Origin: Tubiluchus corallicola
Lineage: Eukaryota > Animalia > Priapulida
NCBI GenBank assembly: GCA_030141605.1
Contig: JAQGDQ010000070.1
Coordinates: 662,045 to 726,044, forward strand
Direction: 5' to 3'
Length of the DNA stretch: 64,000 nt
Shown here: positions 28,101 to 40,100 of the stretch, piece by piece
How the letters are laid out: each line of letters begins with the position of its first letter
How positions within the stretch are numbered: the stretch's first letter is position 1
Notes under the pieces: model-generated
The model's database searches: none
Seen by the model: the letters and a program-made list of their open reading frames with translations, nothing else
What the model was told of the DNA's origin: nothing
Made by a program: the position numbers and the translations under genes

Positions 28101-31100
28101 ACATTGAATTTTATACCTGATAAATTAGATAATAATTCTTGTTAGAATGTATCTTAAAATGTATCTTAAAATCTTGAAAAAAAACTTTGAAATGTTCAGA
28201 TTGACAGATTTTTTTTAACTAAATAATGACTTTTATTTTTTAAAAAACTAGCTATGTTTGCTAATGTTTGCTTGCTGTACAAAATATTAGCACCTAAGCA
28301 ACCAACTCACATCTATAATCAGCTAAATTTTAAGTGTAATGTGATCACTTGGACCACTAGACAGTCGAATTTACTTTTTATTTCTACCGCAGAATAGAAT
28401 TGTGATACAAGATGGTTTATAGTCAGGGCGAGCAAGCATTACAATCAGTCTGCATTGGAAAGTGAATTAACTAAAATTACAAAATTTGAAACATTTAAAA
28501 GGCATTCAAGGAATTGCTTATAAATAGTTGTTAGCTATACTGTAGTGTGTTTTCTTTTTAAATCTAATCAAGCTTTACAATCATTTTTTCATCTAATAAT
28601 AATTATTTCTTTATTTTTTATGATTATTTAATATTTTTTACTTATTAATGCAGTTATAAATTGTACGAAGAAAAGCCTAAAAAACATTGGACATGAATCG
28701 ATTTCCGCGAAGATTCTATCTCAATACGAATTGAATTCAAATTTTGAAATTTGATTCCATTCTAATTCAGTAGTGTCAAGTTTAATTCAATTCGAATTTG
28801 CTTTTTCATAATAGGTGAACAGCTTTAGTCATCAGGAGTCGTGGTGTGTATTGTGAATTCTGAACAGTCATCCGGTCTGTTATCCATTAGTGCCATCCTT
28901 TGATCCCTCCTGTGATCCTTTAATGACAATGATAGGCTGCTGAGTTCTTGAATCCCTTGGGGTACTCTGTTTTTGTTTCTGTAATGCAAATTTAAACCGC
29001 GATTCATGTAGACTGTACTGTGTTTGCTTTACAACTGTAAACTTTACAGCTATTTTTATACATTAAAATGTAACATTCCTTGTTTTAGTTACAAACTTCT
29101 CAGCTTGTAAAGCATCATATGACCATTGCAGTGTCATTGTCGCTGTGTGTTCCGGATGTCGGAACCTCCGGGAATCAGTTTATGAACACTAAATGACTTC
29201 CTGCTCAGCTGCAACGGTTTTATCTTGTCAAGCTAGCAGTTCTTATCATTTTTCAAAAGCTTTTTTTGTTGGGGAAGTTTCAACAGTTGGAGAGCTAGAA
29301 GACAGCACACCAAGATTGATTGAACAAGGCACACACTGTCTGCTAAATCTTGAGGAAGCTGATGCAGTTCGAGTATGAATATGTTGGAAGATAGCAATAC
29401 ACTTGTAAATCTTCAAGTACGTAAAATCTGCCTAACAGTAAATGTAGTTGCACTGAGCAATGTTAGTGGCCAATAATTGGTTTTTCTTTACATCTTCATT
29501 GTTATCTCTGAAGTTTGAGAATCATCAAAACAATGGCGGCCAAATGTCATGTGGTTCACTGTTACTCATAATCAATTTCAGAATTCCGAATCGCATTTAA
29601 TTAGTGTTCAACATAGAAACTAGGTTAAAATTGTATAACTAATTACGATTGAAGCTTATGGTATTACGGGATTGATACCATGTTTTTCTAAATAAACAAC
29701 TACAGGGATAAAATACACTGCATCAAGAGGACTCTTAGCCGTCTATTAAACTTCTGTCAGGTTCCTTAAAAAATAGTTCTGTTCATCTATGAAGAATAGA
29801 AAGTATTCTTATGTCATTTACGTTTTAAACAATTTGATACCCATAAAGTCAGTATTCAGCACTTCATTTTAAGACCTGCTTATTGTATTGTAGCTATATT
29901 GTAGCTTATTGTAGCTATGACAGGATCAGCATGTAGCTCATTGTCTATGATAATTCTTTAGGATGAGATACCAAACTAGCAGAGGTTTATTAGTCACTTT
30001 CTGATGTATATACATCGTCCTTTACCGTTGCCAAGATTAATGCTTGGCGGTATTAAGGCAGATGAAGCTGCTAGAAACACCTATGCTAGAAATAGATAGA
30101 AGCAGCTATGGTGGTCACCTGTCTGTTTACTAGCCAGATGTAGCATTGATTAAGTTTTTTTGTTAAGAGCATGCCCTGATTAGCCTACTCAGCCACCCTC
30201 TTCCTTTAGTATGGCATAAAAATACTTACCGCAGTCTGCTAATGCCTTGCTTTGGTGTTTATTTGAAGCAAATAATTAAAAAAAGGCAACACTAGTGCTT
30301 TCTGCAATCAAGCTTGGAAAATGTACGACCAGAGCACCACAAGCAATTTCCCCACCTTCTCCTGGGCAATAAGCTCTGATTGAATTGCTTCGGTCAATAC
30401 AACGTGTTTTCCTCATGAAATATTAACGTTTACAGAATGCTTTGCGTGTGTGGGAAGGTGTGGTAGGGTGCATTCTGACTGTCGCCCTATTATGTTAATT
30501 TGTCACGTATTGATGTAACCCCTGTGATATTTGAGCAGCGTCAATGACAAACTGCTCCTGTTTGAGGAAGCCACGAGAAGCACTTCATTACCTCATATTA
30601 ACATGCTGTTGACGAGTTGGCTGTGCTGCGTATAGATGCGTATGTGTTCGTGGCTTCTAGACTAGTTCATCGTTTTGCGGAAGCAAGTGTTTGTGGTTTT
30701 TAGTGTGCTTGTTAGATCTTTGTGCCGGCCATGGATATAGAATTGGTATGAGTGTAGCACACTGGTGCACAGAAGTACAATCATTCCGCATGTTAGATGT
30801 TGGTGCTGACAACAGATATAGAGGCGCTGTGGGTGCTAGACATTCGTGCACAGCACTGATATTTGATTATAGTGGTTTTTAAATATTAATACAGATCACA
30901 TATTTAGACAAATCATCGTGTAACTTAATGATTTAAGTGTCGTTGATAGTAATCTGTGGCTGCACATTTCAAATGTGTTATTGTTTCTGTTGTTATTCGT
31001 ACCATTGTTATAGAATTATTGAAGTCGTTTACATTGCAAATTACTGATTCAATGCTTGCATTATTTGTAATCTTACGGACGTTATAACTACATTTTACTG

Positions 31101-34100
31101 CAGGTAGAGCCTGCTGGCATCAAATGTGAAATCAGTGTATGTACTAGATTAAACCTTAGTGCTAACCACAGATATACAAAGTCTAAGTGAAAGTCTTCAT
31201 TAGTTTACTTTGTCACCATAGTCACAAGGAAATATATGGCAAGTGAAACTGCTGTGAAGTGATTTTCCTGGCAGTCAACTATCCATTTGTTAACCAGGTT
31301 CACCATTACTTGACAGCAGTTAGGAGGCACAGACTATGAACATTCAACTACTCTTTTCACCCTAACTCCAGATTTTGGATTTTTACTTAGTTGTTTAATC
31401 TGCTCAGTTCTTTATTGGATGGAAACTGAGCTCTTCCAGTCTTTTGACTTTTGAGTCTTTGCATGAGGGACCTTCATATGCAAGACAGTCATAATAAGTA
31501 CAATATGTGCCTTTTCTAGTTTCATACGATCTGATGCCCACCTTGTTGTAAACTCCAATGTGTAGTTATGTATTGAACGAAATCACAGTGTATTAATTGT
31601 AACGCCAAACTGTGTATTACATCTGTAAATCTGATTTAAGTTTCTAATTAAATGTCCGTGAGCTCAGGATTACTGGTACTCTATTTCTAGACTTAGTTAC
31701 ACCTGTTACATTGCTTATATCAAGATCTTATGTTGAAACGGTGCAGTGAGGTTTACCGCTATGATTTATGTATGACATCATTAGTTCATTAGATGTCAAA
31801 CTAGCCATTTATTCTGAAAGCGTTCCGTTGCAATGGATCAATTAAGTCGTTTTGTCGTTTGCAACTGACTCACTGATTTGAATCTGCGTCTGCAATTATT
31901 TATTGTTAGTCAAACTCTGCAAAGTGAATGTCGTGTGGGTAAAATGAGACAAAAACATACGATTTCGTCTTGAATGCTAGTAATTATGTGTACATTGAAA
32001 CTAAGCTTTTCCCAGAGCAGGCCATAGACAACAAATGAATAGGAATGTGGCTGATACATGACTGTGAAGTGTTCTTTAAATGAATTTGAACATTTTTGAA
32101 AGTAGACGCCCACTGTTTGCCAAGTCAGCATGAGCGAATTTGATACTAGTCCCTCGGAGACATCCAGTAAGAGCAATAATGTAAGGATAAGATTCAAGGT
32201 AAGCTGCAAAACTCATAGTTCATACCTTGTTCATATAAAAACTAATTATGCATTTTTCATTCTCTTCTTTCGAGCAACTAATAAGAGTCCTTTTTATACT
32301 CTGATAAGAGTGCACAATGTAGTGTAGCAGGAGTAGGCTACTGTATGTCTATATTATGACCAGAGAACACTATGTACTATAACAATAGTACAGTACTGTA
32401 TTATGTATATATGCGCTTGTCAGATCTTTGTGCCCTCCATGGATATGGATATATAGAGAGTACTATATGTATAGTATATGTATAGTATATTATTGCACTA
32501 TATGTATAGTAAGAGCACACTATATACTGTATATGATTCCTCAAATACTGTAACAACAGTAACTACAGGAGTACAGTTTACATTGTAACAAGACTTACTA
32601 AATTCCATAACATGCTTGCAGCATGTCCGGTGTGATAGGAGTCATTAAATACTGCAACAATAGTTCACCACGTACTGCGAAGAGAGTCACGAAATCCTGT
32701 GACAAGAGTTACTATGACAAGTCGCTTTTGCTGTGACAAAAATACACTTAGTACTATGGAACACAGAAGTAGGCTACATTTTACATTGTGACAAGTGTAC
32801 ACTCTACGCTGTGACAAAAAAACACTATATACGTATATGTAACACCAGAGCTAGAGTAAATTATGCTGCAATGACAGTGCACTATATGTTGTGGCTACAT
32901 TTATTATAACATTATGCGTGTATACTAATAAATGGATTTTCTTTTCCATTCAAATATAAACGACCTTGCAAGAATGTGCTGTTCTAATGGATTAATGGAC
33001 CTGGGCCTTCCTACGTGTTGCCCACAAATAATGCCTTCATTATAACTTCACTGTAAATAATTAAACACCTTAGATTAAATTGTTGTGGGGATGCCACAGG
33101 AATCGATACCATTTATGCTGTGTCTGGCTTCATTCACGTTAATTGTTGTTTGTTTGTACTAAGAGTCTATCACTCTTATTGTTTTTAAGAAACAGGGCAA
33201 TTACGTCTCTTTGTTTCCAATAGCATCGTTTGATCGTCTTGAAACAAAATGAAATTTGAGATTAGTTGTGAACAACATGTAGACTCATTAATAATAGAAG
33301 TACATGTCCTGATACTAAATGAAAAAGGGGATTGCGTTGCTCTTCCACTCGTGTTAAGCAAATTCAATGGTTTTCTTTGCCGGAATTGTTGTTTTTCTTG
33401 TTTGTTGAACTAGTTAAACAAGTTGTGCTAGTCCAAATTGAGATAGATTTAGTAAAAAAGTGAGTTTTGATATCCTGTTTTACTTAAATTCGGGCTAAAG
33501 TTTACAATTCACAATACACAAAAAATTAGTAGAGTGTAGTGGACTAGGATTAGGGTTAGGATTTAGGGTTAGGGTTGGGTTAGGGATAGGATTAGGGTTG
33601 GTTTATGGTTAAGATCAGGATAAGTTATTTAAATTATTTGGAAAATTGTAGACTCGTTCCTAAATTCGTTATGTACAGTATAAGCATTGAAGGCCACCTC
33701 TGTGCTTACCCGTCATCTGGTGTAACAAAAGAGCAGTGATACTCTACCAACAAAACTTGTGAAGTTTAGAATGTTGACCAACAAGTTATTTTGTAAATGA
33801 GCATCATGATCAAGCAACAGTAGCAATGACAGTGACAGCAATTTCAGTGACAACAACAACAGTAACAACAATAACAGCAACAACAACAACAACCACAACA
33901 ACAACAACAACAACAGCAGCAACAGAGCAACAAGAACAACAACAGAAGCATCATTAAATAATTTTAGAAGATTACATTATTCTCACAATTTTATGCTTTG
34001 TTTTGGTAGTCTCTCCATTATGCATTTTTTAGCCATTAAAAGTTTTTTGTAAGTTACCTATGGCTTTTTGTTTACTATTTGACAGATCTGTTCTTAACAA

Positions 34101-37100
34101 GGTTAACCTTTTGGAACTGTTCTGTTTTGAGTTTAAAATGTGTTTTGTCCCTCATAGATGGCAGCGAAATTACTAATATTGCAAGCTGATGACAAAATCT
34201 TATAAATGTTTAAATATGTATGTTACATGACTGGCAATTATGTGAATGTATTCGTTTTATTGATTTCTTTTTAGGAACATTTGTTTGACGTGAGTGATCT
34301 CCAGGCGGAGCCACATTTGATATCCCGCTGTGGAACACTGCATATTACACAAAGTTACAATGTGGCCAAACGTAAAATGACCATTACAATATCGTGTGCA
34401 CGAGATATCCCATCTAAAGATCGGGGTGGAGCCAGTCAAACACAGGTGAGCACCTGCACCAACTAGCATGGAGCACTCTTTTGGCAGGCTTATTTTATGA
34501 GAATTCTCTCTGTTGTCTAACGTTTTATTATAAAATGATTGTGAACTAGCAAATCAGCACCATCCAATCATTATTACTATATTTTGGTTGCTTCAAACTT
34601 GTACCCTGGTTTCTACATTATTAAGAAATGCAAACTGCAGCTGAAAATTTTGTATAAAACAAACAAGCTATATCTTCATTAATTTTGCAAACGTTTTGCT
34701 TCGAAAAATTTTACGGCTCAAAGAGTTGCATTTTGTGTCTCTTCAGGAGCAAACGGGCAGAATTTATGGTTAGCATAATATTTCTCTACTCCCATGTCAG
34801 TGTTTTTTGCAAATAATGTCTCACTGTTTCGACATTATATTAAAATAAAGTTCGAAAATTGTTTTAGAAGCGATTAATACACAAAATTTGCAATTTTATA
34901 ATACACTAATGAGTTTGGAAGTGAAGATTCATGACCATGGCTCATGTTATTCGAATTATACATATGACTGCAAATAGTGCCGTTACATGCAGTAAATACT
35001 TGTAATGCTTTTTAACGTGACTGCAAATAGTGCGGTTACATGCATTTTAACACGACTGGAAATAGTGCAGTTACATGCAGTAAATACTTGTAATGATTTT
35101 TTAACACGACTGCAAATAGTGCAGTTACATGCAGTGAATACTTGTAATGCTTTTTTAACACGACTGCAAATAGTGAGTTACATGCAGTAAATACTTGTAA
35201 TGATTTTTTAACAGAACTGCAAATAGTGCAGTTACATGCTGTGAATACTTGTAATGCTTTTTTAACGTGACTGCAAATAGTGCAGTTACATGCAGTTAAT
35301 ACTTGTAATGATTTTTTAACACGACTGCAAATAGTGCAGTTACATGCAGTAAATACTTGTAATGATTTTTTAACGTAACTGCAAATAGCGCGGTTACATG
35401 CAGTAAATACTTGTAATGATTTTTTAACTTGCCTCTAAATGGCAGACAAAAAATCACTTGTTCATCATTGCAACTCCAACTTTACCAATGCCCAGTTTGC
35501 ACCATGTTATTAGAAATTACAGTAGGACAGTGCTTGACATTTTACACAATTTTTTTGCAAAACAAATTAATTAGCGCAAAAAAGTTCAAGTTCAAGATTT
35601 GCATAAATAAAAATTATTCTGGTTGTATATTTCTAGATATTAGCTATTTGAAGATATTGACTGTTTTTGTTCAAGGGTTCAGATAATTTATTCATTTGAG
35701 AAAAATCTGAGGATACCCGTGAAAAATGCTTAATTTACTGTACAAAGCGGTATAAAACACTTAATAAATTTACTCAAAATGCACACAAAACGTAGAAAAG
35801 TTTTTGACAAAAATATGATCATTACAAGGCTTGAGAACCCCTCTTAAAAAGGATCTTTTGGCTGCTTTTACCTGCAAATACTTTTTGAGATAAAAATAGC
35901 AAATGTTGCATAAAAAGTGAAATTTCTCATGGCCAGCAAGTTAATTAGGCGCAACAATGAAACTTAGTGCAACAAACAGTAATTGCACTATTTGCGGTTG
36001 ATTGAGTAGTTATTTCATTGACTTTTCTCTTTTATTGCCATTTTTAGGTTAGAGTTCTGTTGTTACCTCAGAAGAAACAAAAGTTCAAGACGAAAATACG
36101 TCCCGGTGTCAATCCGATTTTCAACGAGACTTGTGTGTTCAACAAGGTGGATCAAGGTAAAAAGTGTGAGAAAGCGGCAATGTTGAGTAGATGCTGCTGC
36201 AGTGTCTGTTTGTGCATACGGCTTTACTGAGTATATTGTTCCAGCTGAATATCATCGTTAACGAGGCAGCTGAGCTTATTTTTGAATTATTCACAATGTT
36301 GGCATCTGCCTTTTGTAATCTAGTCCTGAATGTTTAACAATCTTATGCTATTAATAATGCATTGTGTCATTAATGCATTTGATGTTTATTGATCGTGCAA
36401 TATCAGTGCTCGTAAATATCTCACGTTTTTCTATTCAGTCATGATATAAATAAGGACATTAAAATAGCATAAAACATTTGAAAATACTTTTCATTAAATT
36501 TTGTCATTTGGCATATGGAAGTGTATCATTACTTTTGGCTTACTCGCTTGCGCAGTAACTCTATAGAGTAGTCTATTTCACCCTGATGCTGGTCTCGTTC
36601 TTGTTCTTGTTGTTCATGTAATAAGTTTTTAGCCAGTTTTTAATATTGTGAGGTCATAATAGAGCCAGTCCATATTCTAAGTTTTTGTGAAAAACTGGAT
36701 CCATGGCAACAGCAGACTGTGTCCTAATTGACATATCCTGGCAGTTGTTTAGGAAAAACACAAAGCAACTAGCCAAATGCTTGACATTCTTGACTAGTTC
36801 ATAATTCATAATGACATCTGTGCCTGCATAGCTGTCTGCCAGATATTTATTTGAACATTCTGTACAATATACTTTAGTACTTTTGTTTTCATTTAAGAAA
36901 AACATTTAAAGAATATAATAAAGTTGCTTGATGGCATGTTATAAAGTAGTAATGGGCTTGAATGTATTAATAAATTAGGATATTGTGTAATTACTTTATA
37001 CTGTTTATAATTTGTTAAGGTCATTCGGTTATATTTTGTTACAGAGGATGTAGGAGGAATGGGAGTGAGGTTCCGGTTGTACGGCTGCGAGCGGATGCGC

Positions 37101-40100
37101 CGTGAGAGAATGATCGGGGAAGCAATAATCAGTTTTGCAATGCTCAATTTAGACGAAGAAACCACTCACGTTCTACACTTGGAGCCACGGAGTAACCTCA
37201 GCGTAAGTTGCATTTGGTTGCGAAGCTGTAGCAACCTTGTCAGTTTTGAAAACAGAAGTTGTACGCTTGTGTTTTGTGATTACACTAATCGAATCTCGGT
37301 TTCTGTTTTTTCTTCACTATGTTCAAGAAGAACCGAGCTTAACTGCTCATCCAAGACATGTCCAACTTATATGTTTCAACTACAAAAACTTCTATTATGA
37401 TTTGATTGATGTAACAAGCTACCAGTCTGGCGCAAAGTATGGTGCAAAATTCTTAGGTTTAGATCCAGAAATATGTAATGATAATAATTTTTGTTATAAC
37501 TGAAGTATTAAAAGTTTTTCTATATTTCTTGGATGTTATTCAGTGATAAAGATCCTTTTTATCATTTATTTATGATTTAGGAAACTTGTGCCAGCTGTTT
37601 TGAGTTTGTTTGCATATGTATTAATTACAGATCATTACATTTTGATTTACGTGCTAATCTCACGTTGATCTTCTGCCAAAGACATTTTGCAGTAAAAATC
37701 ATGTTATTTGTTTTTTTGTCAGTAAATTGCTACTATTAATACTTTCATAAGTTTCAATTAGCAGAGTTTTCTTATACATGGCACACAACATGGAAAATTT
37801 GTCTGTAACAATTTAGCTGACACAGATTTTTTCTCATGCGTGTATATACACTTTTATTGCAAACATTCTTCTCAAACATGCTTATTTTTCTGTCTAGCAC
37901 AAACTCATCCTGTTCCTGTATGCGGGCTCGGTACAAAAATTTGCATGGAACGAAACTAGATCAGACCAATAAAAAGCATTTATGTCGTCTAGTAAATGTT
38001 CACTGGGATTACCCAAAACAAAAGTTGCCTTGTATGGGCAAATGTTGCCTGGGATAGTTTTGCATCAGGCAATTTAGTTTATTGCAGACATATTTTTACC
38101 TCATGCCACTAGTATTGCTCTGTTCTTCCAGCACGGTGATTCCAGCGCAGATGTTGGTAGTCTATCGCGGAGTGATAGCGCATCATCCACTCAATCCATG
38201 CAGCATGGTGGAGTACCGGAGCTCATGATCGGTTTGTCGTACAGTGGTACTACAGGGAGGCTCCAAGTAGACATCATCAAAGGCAGTCATTTTAGAAATA
38301 TGGCTATGAATAGAGCACCTGGTATGCTTATTGATTGCTGGACATTGTTTATAATAATGCTAAAAGCTATCTTTAATAATAATAAAAGCTTTCCAGCCAC
38401 ATAAAGAGAGTCAAGTTGTTTCTCGCATGCAAAGCATTTTTACAGCTTTACATAATGTCGTTTATTACTAGATAATATAACAAGGCCTCCTCTTTGAACA
38501 TTGGCTGCTCTTGACCGTGGTAACGCTTGCTAAGTGCTTCAGTCATTATCATGGTATGCCCATTTTTTATGCCACTTAACTTGCAACCATTTCAAAATAA
38601 ATTTAAAAGAGAATATGTTATTGCATGAGAAAGACTTCGTGGCCAGCAGTTCAAAAACGAAGCTTGGACCTGTTCATTTTATAAATTCACTTTCAAATAA
38701 CTACTATACTACTCAAGTGTTTATTTCTTAATTTCGTATTTAAATGCCTGTGTCTCTCCACTGGCCTCATGTTTCACATTCTCTATGAAGGCATTTTTCA
38801 ATGTATTATGCATTTCTAATGCATCTATAGAAGTGTCTTTCATATATTTCACGTACAGGTAAAATATCTTATAATGTATTAATGTGTATCCAAACTTGGG
38901 CCTATTTTTAGCTTCATTTATTTCACTTAATTGTGTAATAAATTAAAATGCCTCTCGTGGTTTGTGAGTATTAGAAGCATGTACACGTATTAAAATATTT
39001 TTCATGGCTTCATGTTTCTGATGCATGTGGCAGTGGCATAGCTAATAGGTGAAAGAGGGGAGTAACTGCTCTCCCGAGCACATTTTTCAGAATTGGTGCC
39101 TTTTCAACAATTCATAATTGCAGTGACATATGTTCGGTTTATCCTAAACCTGTCCACATTGTCTGGGTTAGCTTTGCTCTCCATTAAAGGAGAGTTGACT
39201 ACTGAGGTGGATTATTTTAAAATTATTGATTACTTTGCTAGATGAAAGCGACTGCGGTAGTTCCTTCATCATACATTTTTCGCAATGCTTCATTTTGTTT
39301 TCATTTTACATTTAAAATTAAAATAATATAATAACAAGCATGTTTTTATTACGTTTTGAGATTTATGAGTTTTGCGCAGAGCTTTTTATTGCGTTTTAGT
39401 AAATGCAAAATAACAAATATGTACTTCCTTTAAAACTGTATCTTCCTCTTGTTTTAATTATAAACACAAAATTAAAATGTATAATCAATCAATGTGTTAA
39501 AAATGTGTCATTGTCCCTTTTCGTGTGCTTTAGAACTGGCTATGCCCCTGACATCTGGTGGGTGTGTTTCCTGACTTCAAATTTTTAACTTGTGTTTATT
39601 AAGGTGTGCTTAACCTATCCGTGTATCCCGTATTTCTGATTAATATGTAAGTGTCCGATATCCATTCATATATGTGTGCTTTTAATGCTGCGTATGTTTT
39701 ACATATTCTATGAAATATTTTTCATTGCTTCATGTGTTCCTCATTGTTTCCTGTATTTCAGATACGTATGTGAAGGTTTCTCTCATGGCTTCCAACGGTA
39801 CAGAAATGTCTCGCAGTAAGACGTCAATACGAAGGGGGCAACCTAACCCGCTATACAAGGAAACATTCATGTTTCAGGTATTATTATGTTTAGTGGCCAA
39901 CTATCTTGCCAACTGGTCTGATATTGATGTCAACTTTGACATAGTTTCACTACAGTAAGAAAGATCATTTAGCTTTCATTAACAGCTGATCCCAGATAGA
40001 CAATTCTACGCCTGTTATAAAAACAATGAAAATTTTCTAAACACATTCACAGACCAATGCCTTTGTTAGTTCATTAAACATTATAGTCTTACTGTGGTTT

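Noticed and set aside
34158-34205. AG|ATG short frame upstream of the first C2A exon
   Set aside because: Ends in TAA with no donor site.
34967-35428. CRISPR-like regular repeat with a palindromic unit
   Set aside because: Units are contiguous with no unique spacers, there are no cas genes, and the context is a eukaryotic intron.
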